Made by a program: the position numbers and the translations under genes
Part shown: positions 27,203 to 36,227 of the stretch, piece by piece
Position numbering within the stretch: the first letter of the stretch is position 1
How the letters are laid out: each line of letters begins with the position of its first letter
Source: an uncultured bacterium
GTDB lineage: Bacteria > Krumholzibacteriota > Krumholzibacteriia > LZORAL124-64-63
DNA length: 64,000 nucleotides
Direction: 5' to 3'
Assembly: GCA_963727525.1 (NCBI GenBank)
Contig: CAVSGO010000007.1
Span: 2,080,001-2,144,000, forward strand
Notes under the pieces: generated by a model
The model's database searches: none
Seen by the model: only the letters and a program-made list of their open reading frames with translations
Told to the model about the DNA's origin: nothing

Positions 27203-28176
27203 CGCGCGGCGGTGCCGTCATCGACGGCTGGCGGCGTGGCCATCGCCTCACCACCGGCGACCGCACCGTCCGTGGTCACGGCAAGGGCCGGTGTGCTCGT
27301 CCAGTCGGCGGCGCCGGGACCCGCAGCCGGGCCGCGGTCGATCAGCAGGAGGCCGAGCACGAGGGGCAGGTACACGAGACTCGCCAGGAAGACGCGGCGG
27401 GCGTCGCGATCGGCGCCGCTGCGGGCCAGACGCAGACCGAGCCAGGACCACCAGGCGCCGAGCGCGACCGACCCCAGGGCGAACCAGAAGCCGGCGAGAC
27501 CGGCGAGCGTGACGCTGATTCCCAGCGGCAGGAGCAGGAGCGAGAAGATCGCAATCACCGGGAACGTGAGGTGTCCCAGCGGATCGAGCACCGGCAGCAT
27601 GCGGAAGCCCCCCCGCGCGTAGTCCTCGCGGTACATCCAGGCCAGGGCGAAGAAGTGCGGCATCTGCCAGAGGAAGAGGAGGGCGAAGAGCAGCCAGGCT
27701 CCGGTGTCCAGCCGCCCGGTGGCCGCCGTCCAGCCGATCATCGGGGGAATGGCGCCGCATACCGCACCCACCAAGGTGTTCAGGCTGCTCACGCGCTTCA
27801 GCGGCGTGTACACGCCCACGTACAGGCTGTTCGTGATGGCCGCGAGCAGGGCCGGCAGCCAGCCCGCACCCACGGCGAGGATCCCGACTCCCACCACGCT
27901 GGCGGCAACTCCGTAGGCCAGCGCCGAGGCTGGCGCGATCCTCCCCGCCGGGATGGGGCGCTCCCGGGTGCGGAGCATGCGGGCGTCGTGCTCTCGCTCG
28001 ATGACCTGGTTGAGCGCGTTGGCACCGAACGCGGCGAGTCCGGTACCGACAAGAACGGCAACGAGTTGCATGAAAGGCCAGCCGCCGGGCACCGCGATCA
28101 GGTATCCCACCCCGGTCGTGACCAGCACCAGCGCGCAAAGCCGGGCCTTGGACAATTCGAGATAGTCGCGCACCAT
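27199..28176 (-). CDS. ctaB: Protoheme IX farnesyltransferase (heme O synthase)
   Basis: YLELSKAR, NQVIERE.DARM.RT..RPIP, YTPLKR, GAIPPMIGW, FLWQMPHF. Confidence 0.94.
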   Translation of the reverse strand: MVRDYLELSKARLCALVLVTTGVGYLIAVPGGWPFMQLVAVLVGTGLAAFGANALNQVIEREHDARMLRTRERPIPAGRIAPASALAYGVAASVVGVGILAVGAGWLPALLAAITNSLYVGVYTPLKRVSSLNTLVGAVCGAIPPMIGWTAATGRLDTGAWLLFALLFLWQMPHFFALAWMYREDYARGGFRMLPVLDPLGHLTFPVIAIFSLLLLPLGISVTLAGLAGFWFALGSVALGAWWSWLGLRLARSGADRDARRVFLASLVYLPLVLGLLLIDRGPAAGPGAADWTSTPALAVTTDGAVAGGEAMATPPAVDDGTAAR

Positions 28177-28326
28177 GGGGACCACACTCCGTACCGGACG
28201 TCCGCATCCGGCTGGTGTAAACGAGAGAACGCGGGTAATCTATATTGGATTGCAGTTTCCGCTGCCAGGTTTTTCGCGCAGCGGTCCGGCTGCCCAGTAC
28301 GGCCCACGATCGGAGGCCCTCGATCC

Positions 28327-29673
28327 ATGCCCACGCTGGCCACCGCTACCCCGACCCGCCACCGCGGCAGCGAACTCCTCGCCCTCGGATTCGGCACCAC
28401 GGTCACGATGTGGGCCATCGGCTATGTCCTGCGCTTTCCCGGTTTGCAGGCACCGTCGTGGCTCCTCCTGCTCTTCCTGCTGTCCACGCTCGTGGCGGGC
28501 GGCGCCCTCGCCCGGCACCTCACCGACCGTGGCCCCCGCGTAGGTTTGATCGTGGGCCTGCTCACGGGCCTGCTCAATCTCCTGATCCTCGGCAGCCTGC
28601 TCTCCGGTGATCGCCCGGGCGCCTTCGTGCCCGACGCCATCTGGTGGGTGCCCGGCTCCTTCCTCCTCTGTGGTGCACTGGGGCTGCTTGGCGCCGCCGT
28701 AGCCGGCCGCCGTCGCGAGGCCTCCGCGCCTTTCCTCGCTCGCCACGGCGTGGCCGCCTTCGCCCATGTGGCAGCGGCCGCCACCTTCCTGCTCATCGTC
28801 GCCGGCGGCATCGTCACCAGCAGCCAGGCCGGCCTGGCCGTCACCGACTGGCCCAACAGCTACGGGTACAACATGTTCCTCTACCCGCTGGCGCGGATGT
28901 CGGGAGGCATCTACTACGAGCACGTGCACCGGCTGCTCGGTTCGCTGGTGGGACTGAGCACGCTCGTACTGACCGTGGTCCTGCTGCGTGTCGAGGATCG
29001 CCGCTGGGTGAAGGGCCTGGCCGTGGGTGCCCTGCTCCTGGTGATCACCCAGGGCATCCTGGGCGGCCTGCGCGTGACCGGCCATTTCACGATGAGCGAC
29101 GACCCGGCCGTCACCCGGCCCAACCTGCTGCTCGCCGTGATCCACGGCGTGGTCGGGCAGCTTTTCCTGGGCACGATGGTCGCCCTGGCGAGCATCACGA
29201 CGCGGCGCTGGCGCGAGGCGCAGCCGGTGGTGCGCGGCGAGGCGCGCACGGAACTCCGGCTCGCCCCCTGGCTCCTCGGGGCCATCGTCCTGCAGCTCAC
29301 GCTTGGCTCGGTACTGCGCCACGTCAACGGCGCGCTGCACGCGCATCTGACCCTCGCGGTCGTGGTGCTGAGCCTGGGCCTCGTGCTCGGTATGAGGCTC
29401 CTGGGCCGGTATCACGACATCGCCCTGTTGCGACGGCTGGGACGGGTCCTCGTGATCGGGCTGAGCACGCAGTTCGTCCTCGGTTTCGCGGCTCTGATCG
29501 GCCGCAGCTTGCGAGCCGCCGATGGCGGTCCGCATCCGCTCGACGTGACCCTGACGACCTTGCACCAGGCCACCGGCGCGTTCCTGCTGGCGACCGCGGT
29601 GCTCACCACGATCTGGGTGCGCCATCTGGTGCGTGCCCCGTCGCGTCTCACCCACGAGGAGCGTTCGCCATGA
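28327..29673 (+). CDS. ctaA: Heme A synthase (COX15/CtaA) with extra N-terminal membrane domain
   Basis: GGIVTSSQAGLAVTDWP, YYEHVHRL, QGILGG, IHG, HAH, TLHQ; divergent from ctaB. Confidence 0.87.
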   Translation: MPTLATATPTRHRGSELLALGFGTTVTMWAIGYVLRFPGLQAPSWLLLLFLLSTLVAGGALARHLTDRGPRVGLIVGLLTGLLNLLILGSLLSGDRPGAFVPDAIWWVPGSFLLCGALGLLGAAVAGRRREASAPFLARHGVAAFAHVAAAATFLLIVAGGIVTSSQAGLAVTDWPNSYGYNMFLYPLARMSGGIYYEHVHRLLGSLVGLSTLVLTVVLLRVEDRRWVKGLAVGALLLVITQGILGGLRVTGHFTMSDDPAVTRPNLLLAVIHGVVGQLFLGTMVALASITTRRWREAQPVVRGEARTELRLAPWLLGAIVLQLTLGSVLRHVNGALHAHLTLAVVVLSLGLVLGMRLLGRYHDIALLRRLGRVLVIGLSTQFVLGFAALIGRSLRAADGGPHPLDVTLTTLHQATGAFLLATAVLTTIWVRHLVRAPSRLTHEERSP

Positions 29674-30146
29674 AGAGCGTGCAGGACATTCTCGAGAAGA
29701 AGGCCACCCGCGAGATCCACAGCGTCGGTCCCGACGAGGCACTGATGACCGCGGTGAAGACCATGGTCGAGAAGAACATCGGCGCCCTGCTCGTGCTCAC
29801 CGAGGGCCGGCTGGTCGGCATCCTCACCGAGCGCGACTACCTGCGCTTCGTCAGCGCCAAGGGCCATACCGCCGACGACACGCCGGTCCGCGAGCTGATG
29901 ACACGCACGGTCATCTACGTCACGCCCAGTTCCACGGTGGACGAGACCATGGCGATCATGACCGAGAAACGCATCCGCCACCTCCCCGTACTCAAGGACG
30001 GAAAACTCGAGGGCCTGGTGTCGATCGGCGACGTCGTCAAGCAGCACGCCAGGTTGCGCGAGTTCCAGATCCGCACGCTGCAGGAGTACATCGCCGACAA
30101 CTACCCGGGGCCCAGCCCGGCCGGCCTCGGAGGTGGCAAGAGCTGA
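29670..30146 (+). CDS. CBS-pair domain protein
   Basis: ATG overlaps the ctaA stop; NIGALLV, GILTERD, RIRHLPV, GLVSIGD. Confidence 0.9.
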   Translation: MKSVQDILEKKATREIHSVGPDEALMTAVKTMVEKNIGALLVLTEGRLVGILTERDYLRFVSAKGHTADDTPVRELMTRTVIYVTPSSTVDETMAIMTEKRIRHLPVLKDGKLEGLVSIGDVVKQHARLREFQIRTLQEYIADNYPGPSPAGLGGGKS

Positions 30147-30257
30147 TCGTGCGGTCCGCGCGTCGCGGTGCCACGCTCCCGGCTTTCTCTTGCTTGCCGG
30201 CAGACGAGACACCACCTTTCCAGCCGGGAATGGGCCCGGTAGCCGGAAAGGGCGACC

Positions 30258-30758
30258 ATGCTGATCACCGATCTATCCGAGGCCGACAAGATCTGGGTAC
30301 GCGAGCGCACCGAGCTGCTCTTCTCGGACAATTTCCTGGTGAGCCGCGAGCAACTCCATGATCCCACGCAGCTTCCCGGCTTCATCGCCGTGGAGCGGGG
30401 TGACCGCGTGGGCCTGGCCACCTACCACGTGGCGGGAGACCTGTGCGAGCTCGTGAGCATCGATGCCCTCTGCCAGTTCATGGGCGTCGGCACGGAGCTG
30501 CTCAACGCCGTGGAGGCCGCGGCGCGCGCAGCAGGCTGCACGCGCCTGTGGTGCATCACCACCAACGACAACCTCGACGCGTTGCGATTCTTCCAAAGGC
30601 GGGGATTCGCGATCACTGCCTACCGGCTGGGCGGCATGAACCGGATCCGCCAGATGAAGCCCGGCCTCCCCGAGGCGGGTTATTACGGCATCCCGATTAG
30701 CGATGAGATCGAGCTCGAAAAGCCCGTCACGCCCGGCAATGGCTGGCGCGTGCTCTAA
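30258..30758 (+). CDS. GNAT N-acetyltransferase
   Basis: GVGTELL, ITTNDNLDALRFFQRRGF, GIPISDEIELE. Confidence 0.9.
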   Translation: MLITDLSEADKIWVRERTELLFSDNFLVSREQLHDPTQLPGFIAVERGDRVGLATYHVAGDLCELVSIDALCQFMGVGTELLNAVEAAARAAGCTRLWCITTNDNLDALRFFQRRGFAITAYRLGGMNRIRQMKPGLPEAGYYGIPISDEIELEKPVTPGNGWRVL

Positions 30759-30887
30759 CGCCCATTCCTATGATGGCTTTTTCGAGATTTTCATGATTTA
30801 ATATCGCGATGCGCGGGCCTTGCCCGCCCGCGCCGCCCACGTCACGGTCCCCATTGCGGTCCGGCACCGCCGGACGCCGAACCGGCG

Positions 30888-32555
30888 GTGAGCATGCTGC
30901 AGGAAAACCTCGTCGACCGTGTTGCGGAAAGCATCCGTCATCGCTGGGACCATCCAGCCTTCTCCGACTTCGAAGGCAGCACTCTGACCTACGCCGAGGT
31001 GGCGCACCGAATCGCGTACCTGCACCATGTCTTCGGCGTCTGCGGTCTCAAAGCCGGCGACCGCATCGCGCTCGTCGGTCGCAACTGCAGCCACTGGGCC
31101 GTCGCGTACTTCGCCACGATCACGTATGGGGCCGTCATCGTGCCGGTGTTGCCCGACTTCACGGCCGAGGAGATCCATCACTGCGTGACCCACTCCGAGT
31201 CGACGCTGCTGATCGTGTCGGATGGCATCTACGACAAGCTCCAGGACGACCGCATGCGCAAGATACGCGGCATCCTGCGCCTCGAGGACTTCAGCGTGCG
31301 CCGTTGCCAGGACAAGGCGCTGCGCCAGGCTGTGACGGGCGCCGCGAGGGGCTACCTCGAAGCCTACCGCGACCGCCTCACCAGCGAGACGTATCGCTTC
31401 GATCCGGTGCCCGGCGAGTCTCTGGCCACGATCATCTACACGAGCGGCACCACGGGCTTCAGCAAGGGTGTGATGCTCACGCTGCACAGCCTCATGGTCA
31501 ACGTGCGCTTCTACCAGGACTGCCTGGATCTCAGCGGCAATCGACGCATCGTCAGCTTCCTGCCATTGGCGCACTGCTTCGGCTGCGCCTTCGATCTGCT
31601 CGCCCCCACCGTCGCGGGATTGCACATCACCTTCCTCACCAAGACACCCACGCCGAAGGTGCTGCTGCAGGCCTTCAAGGAGGTGCGTCCGACTGTGGTG
31701 CTGTCGGTACCGCTGATCATCGAGAAGATCTACCGCAACACGATCAAGCCCCAGCTCGACAGCAAGGTGCTCAAGGTGCTGCTAGCCCTGCCCTTCGTGC
31801 GGGCCATGGTGCTACGCCGGATCCGCGACCGCGTGAGCCAGGCCTTCGGCGGCAACTTCCAGGAGATCGTCATCGGCGGTGCCGCGTTCAATCGCGATGC
31901 CGAGAGCTTCTTCCGCGAGATCGGGCTGCCCGTCGCCAACGGGTACGGCATGACGGAATGTGGTCCCCTCATCAGCTTCACCCTCGCCGAGGAGAACCCG
32001 CCCGTGGGTTCGGTGGGGCGCGTGATCCCGTATCTCGAGTGCCGTATCGACGTCACCGACCCGGATCAACATATCGGCGAGGTGCTGGTACGCGGCGAGA
32101 ACGTGATGCTGGGCTATTACAAGGACAGCGATGCCACGTCGCTCGTGATCGATACCGACGGCTGGCTCCACACCGGCGACCTCGGCCGCGTCGACGACCA
32201 GGGCTTCCTCTACCTCACCGGCCGCTGCAAGAACATGATCCTCTCCCCCTCCGGCCAGAACGTGTATCCCGAGGAGATCGAGGCCCGCCTGAACAACCTC
32301 CCCTACGTCATGGAATCCATCGTCATGGACCACGACGGCAAGATCGTGGCCATCATCTACCCCGACCTCGACCGCGCCGACGAAGACGGTCTCGACGAGA
32401 AGCAGCTCGCCGCGATCATGGAAGAAAACCGCAAGCAGCTGAACGAGCTGATCCCGAAATTCGCGGCCGTGAGCAAGGTGACCGTGACCTACGAGGAATT
32501 CGCGAAGACGGCGACGAAGAAGATCAAACGGCGGCTCTACGCGATCGGGGCGTAG
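30888..32555 (+). CDS. Long-chain fatty acid-CoA ligase (AMP-binding)
   Basis: YTSGTTGFSKG, LPLAH, GYGMTE, RGENVMLGYY, WLHTGDLG, GQNVYPEEIE. Confidence 0.92.
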   Translation: MSMLQENLVDRVAESIRHRWDHPAFSDFEGSTLTYAEVAHRIAYLHHVFGVCGLKAGDRIALVGRNCSHWAVAYFATITYGAVIVPVLPDFTAEEIHHCVTHSESTLLIVSDGIYDKLQDDRMRKIRGILRLEDFSVRRCQDKALRQAVTGAARGYLEAYRDRLTSETYRFDPVPGESLATIIYTSGTTGFSKGVMLTLHSLMVNVRFYQDCLDLSGNRRIVSFLPLAHCFGCAFDLLAPTVAGLHITFLTKTPTPKVLLQAFKEVRPTVVLSVPLIIEKIYRNTIKPQLDSKVLKVLLALPFVRAMVLRRIRDRVSQAFGGNFQEIVIGGAAFNRDAESFFREIGLPVANGYGMTECGPLISFTLAEENPPVGSVGRVIPYLECRIDVTDPDQHIGEVLVRGENVMLGYYKDSDATSLVIDTDGWLHTGDLGRVDDQGFLYLTGRCKNMILSPSGQNVYPEEIEARLNNLPYVMESIVMDHDGKIVAIIYPDLDRADEDGLDEKQLAAIMEENRKQLNELIPKFAAVSKVTVTYEEFAKTATKKIKRRLYAIGA

Positions 32556-32631
32556 GCTGTCTCCAGGAAAATACTGATACCGTCGCAGCTACCTCCCGCC
32601 ACGAAACAAGCATAGTGTCCGGGACACCGCG

Positions 32632-32760
32632 TCAACTCCAGTGTTCGAGGATCCGCTTGATCACCACGGGGTCCAGGATGAATGCCAGGATCGTCATCGG
32701 CCCGCCGCAACGAGGGCACAGCAAAGGCCGCGCTTCGTAGATCCGCGCCAGCATACCCGT
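32632..32760 (-). mobile_element. C-terminal remnant of an IS91-like transposase
   Basis: MLARIYEARPLLCPRCGGPMTILAFILDPVVIKRILEHW resembles the conserved tail of these proteins; no N-terminal part present. Confidence 0.65.
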
Positions 32761-32827
32761 GGTCGATGAGGAAGTGCCCGGAGGGTGCCTCAATCGGGAG
32801 AATCTGAAGCGGCCGCGACACCGACGG

Positions 32828-33991
32828 CTAAAGCGGTTCCGTCCCCTCGTTAAGCACGTCGAGGTACTTCCCATAGACGTAGACCCGGTTCCGCTTCTGG
32901 CCGGTGATCTCGCGCGCGATACCCGCTGCTGCCAGCACCTCGAGGCCCTTGGCTGCGGTCGCGAACGCCAGTCCGCTGCGCCTGGCCAGTCCCGCGATGG
33001 TCACCAGCGGTCGCACCTGGAGCACCTCGTGGACTCTCAGCGCGGAACCCGCGGCTCGGCCGCACTGCTGGATGGTCTGCCGATCTTCCTGGAAGAGGTC
33101 GAGCAGGCTCCGCGCGGTGGCGACCGCGCCTTCCGCCGTCTCTTGCACGCCCGTCAGGAAGAACGCGAGCCAGGCCTCCCAGTCGCCGTCGCGGCGCACC
33201 TGGTCGAGGAGCTGGTAATATTGCGCGCGGTGTTGCTTGAAGTAGAGACTGAGATAGAGCAGCGGCTTGCTCAACAGGCCGTATTCGCACATCAACAGGG
33301 TGACCAGAAGGCGACCGACGCGGCCGTTGCCGTCGAGGAAGGGATGGATGGTCTCGAACTGCACGTGCGCCAGCCCGGCACGAATGACCGCCGGCAACCC
33401 GGCCGGTTCGTCGTGCAGGAACCGCTCGAGGTCCGCCATGCAATCCTCGACGAGTTGCGGTGGCGGCGGCAAGAAGTGCGCCAGCCCCGGACGACTCCCC
33501 CCGATCCAGTTCTGCGTGCGCCGGAAGCTCCCCGGATCCTTCGTACTCCCGCGTCCACGCGCGAGCAATACCCCGTGGATCTCCCGGATGAGCCGGTTGC
33601 TCAGCGGAAACCCCTCCCGCAATCGCCCGAGTCCATGCTCCATCGCCGCGACGTAATTCGACGACTCCACGACGTCCTCGAACGGCACCCCTGGCGCCCC
33701 GTCGATCTCGAACAGGAGAAGGTCCGACAGCGACGACTGCGTCCCCTCGATCTGCGACGAGACCACCGCCTCCTTGCGCACGTAGGCATAGAGAAAGAGG
33801 TCGGCATCGCGCAGCAACGCCGAGGCACTGTCGAGCCTCCCCACTGCCAGCATCGCCTGTTCGAGCAGTCGGCCAAGACCGCCCTCCAGGACGATTGGCG
33901 GCACCGGCGGCAGAGCCGCCGGCACAAATGCCCGCACGCTCTCCCCCCCCGCCACGGCAACCTCGTACCGTCCCGTTCCCCCTCGCTGCAC
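32828..33991 (-). CDS. Fic-family protein (Fic_N + Fic + C-terminal HTH)
   Basis: EAVVSSQIEGT, FRRTQNWIGG, HPFLDGNGRVGR. Confidence 0.93.
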   Translation of the reverse strand: MQRGGTGRYEVAVAGGESVRAFVPAALPPVPPIVLEGGLGRLLEQAMLAVGRLDSASALLRDADLFLYAYVRKEAVVSSQIEGTQSSLSDLLLFEIDGAPGVPFEDVVESSNYVAAMEHGLGRLREGFPLSNRLIREIHGVLLARGRGSTKDPGSFRRTQNWIGGSRPGLAHFLPPPPQLVEDCMADLERFLHDEPAGLPAVIRAGLAHVQFETIHPFLDGNGRVGRLLVTLLMCEYGLLSKPLLYLSLYFKQHRAQYYQLLDQVRRDGDWEAWLAFFLTGVQETAEGAVATARSLLDLFQEDRQTIQQCGRAAGSALRVHEVLQVRPLVTIAGLARRSGLAFATAAKGLEVLAAAGIAREITGQKRNRVYVYGKYLDVLNEGTEPL

Positions 33992-34197
33992 GTCCGTTGT
34001 CTCCTGGTGAAGGGAATGAAATTGAGTCCTTCTTTATTTTAATGTATGTTGATAATTAAAACAACCCGATCTCGGTCACGTCGTAATTTCACCGAGCGAA
34101 ATAACCTGGTTCGCTATTACAAAATAGAAGGATAATTTAAATAATTCACAATTCACTGTCATTGAATAGGTTAGGAGAATCACGCGGTCTTGACCCC

Positions 34198-34659
34198 TGT
34201 CCCTCCTCAAAAATTCCATCGGCATCGCCACGACCAGAGCTATGGCTTCACGAGAATACACCAAGCCAACGCTCAAAGTCGTCGCTGCTGACCAATTCCG
34301 TGGGTCTCTGCTAGTCGCTCAAACGGCCGATCCCTACCTATGCCATACATCGTCCTCGAATTCCTGCGCGACCTCGTCCGCCCACGCCGTGGCCTGGTCA
34401 TCGAGAACCTCGCCCTGCGCCAGCAAATCCTCGTCCTGCAGCCACCTCAACGTCACGGCCTACCGGATCGGCGAATGGACCGCTCGCCAGATCATCCAGG
34501 CATTCCCCTTCGACACCGCACCGCGGTTCCTCATTCGCGATCGCGATCGGGTCTATAGCGGCCAGGTCGAGGACGCCCGTCGCTTGCAGGAAATCGAGCA
34601 GCCAGGGGCGCCGATTTACGACTCCGATCGAGCGGCAGAGTGAGTTTCTCGTAGGTACA
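34198..34659 (+). mobile_element. Internally deleted IS (integrase-core/IS481-like) with imperfect TGT...ACA ends
   Basis: Fragments LVIENLALRQQILVL and HLNVT..EWTARQIIQAFPFDTAPRFLIRDRDRVY; left end TGTCCCTCCTCAAAAATTC versus right-end reverse complement TGTACCTACGAGAAACTC. Confidence 0.7.
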
Positions 34660-34826
34660 ATGGCATCGACATCAAGCGCGTGCTGACGCCGCGACCGTCC
34701 GGATTCTCTATTGATTGTTTGATTTTAAACATCTAAATTCAACGCAGTCATGGGCGCTGCACCACCCGCCGTCGCGCGCCGTGACGAGTCCGCAAGGCCC
34801 GTCACCCGTCCAACAGGGAGGTTGCC

Positions 34827-36212
34827 ATGTGCATCCATGCCCGCCGGCTCCGGGACGCCTGGGTCCCCATCCCCTTGTGCCTCATCGCTCTTTTCTGGGT
34901 CGTCGTGCTCGCCCCCGCCGCGACCGCGAACATCGCGGCCGGCGACGCGGCCCTCGGCACCCGCAGCTATGACGACTACGAACGTCCCCAGGTCTGCGCG
35001 AGCTGCCACGTGGACATCTACCAGCAGTGGACGCAGGCCATGATGAGCCAGGCCTACACCCACCACTGGGACGAGATCGAGTACTTCGAGCTGGCCGTGC
35101 CCCACGCCGAAAAGGATGAGATTGTGGCCGGCGTGAAGGCCGGCTGCAACGGCTGCCACACCCCGATCGCATTCCTCAGCGGCGACGTGCCGCCGCCGCG
35201 CCCCAGCGAGGGCTCGCGCGCCAACGAATCGGTGTCGTGCGACGTCTGCCACACCATCACCGGCTTCGAAGGCGACACGCCGCACAACTTCAACTGGACG
35301 AGCGAGCCGGGCCGCACGAAGTACGGCAACAAGGCAGGGCTCGTCTCGCCCCACCACGATACGCAGGTCAGCGCCTTCATCCAGACCGCCGACTTCTGCG
35401 GCACCTGCCACAATGAGATGAGCCCGTATGGCGTTTGGGTGAAGTCGACCCAGCTCGAGTGGAAGGCCGGGCCATATGCCGCCGATGGCGTGCCTTGCCA
35501 CGTCTGCCACATGCCGAAGGCGGATGGCCAGAATGCGTCGATGGCCAGTCCGGGCATCGTGTCGCAGCACCTCTTCCACGGCGCCCACGACCCGGGCAAG
35601 GTGGGCGGTGCGATCGAGCTGCGCATGCATCCCGACGAGCGCGAGTTGCCGTACGACGGCACCGCCGTCGTGAAGGTGCAGCTCTTCAATCAGAAGGCCG
35701 GACACAAGATTCCCACCGGATCGGTGGAGGACCGCATCGTCTGGCTCGACGTCACCGCCACCGACAGCGAGGGCAAGACGTACCACCTGCCCGTCGACAC
35801 CAAGGGCTTCGACGGCGAGGAGTACACCATCGCCGCCGACGTGCTCGCCTACCAGGACATGGGCATCGCCAAGGACGACCCGGACTTCCCCGGCGTCCAG
35901 CGCGACGGCGTGCCCATGGGCGACCGCATCTTCCGCATGCCGTACTTCGACCCGCAGGGGCGCATGACGATCCAGCAGTGGAACACGAAGTCGCTGGGCG
36001 TGGACTACCGCATCGGCCCCCGCGAGACCAAGATCGAGAGCTTCACGTGGGAACTACCCGAGGATCTCGCGCTGGGCAAGGTCACGTTCGACGCCGTGCT
36101 CAACTACAAGCGCCTCGTGGAACCCGTCGCGCGTTTCCTGAACGTCCCCGAGGACGAGTGGGCGACCATCGTCATCAACAAAGCGCACACGTGGATCGAG
36201 GTCTACGACTAA
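34827..36212 (+). CDS. Exported pentaheme c-type cytochrome (c554-like) with heme-free C-terminal domain
   Basis: Signal peptide; CASCH, CNGCH, CDVCH, CGTCH, CHVCH; GHKIPTG. Confidence 0.9.
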   Translation: MCIHARRLRDAWVPIPLCLIALFWVVVLAPAATANIAAGDAALGTRSYDDYERPQVCASCHVDIYQQWTQAMMSQAYTHHWDEIEYFELAVPHAEKDEIVAGVKAGCNGCHTPIAFLSGDVPPPRPSEGSRANESVSCDVCHTITGFEGDTPHNFNWTSEPGRTKYGNKAGLVSPHHDTQVSAFIQTADFCGTCHNEMSPYGVWVKSTQLEWKAGPYAADGVPCHVCHMPKADGQNASMASPGIVSQHLFHGAHDPGKVGGAIELRMHPDERELPYDGTAVVKVQLFNQKAGHKIPTGSVEDRIVWLDVTATDSEGKTYHLPVDTKGFDGEEYTIAADVLAYQDMGIAKDDPDFPGVQRDGVPMGDRIFRMPYFDPQGRMTIQQWNTKSLGVDYRIGPRETKIESFTWELPEDLALGKVTFDAVLNYKRLVEPVARFLNVPEDEWATIVINKAHTWIEVYD

Positions 36213-36227
36213 CGGGGAGTGACTGAC

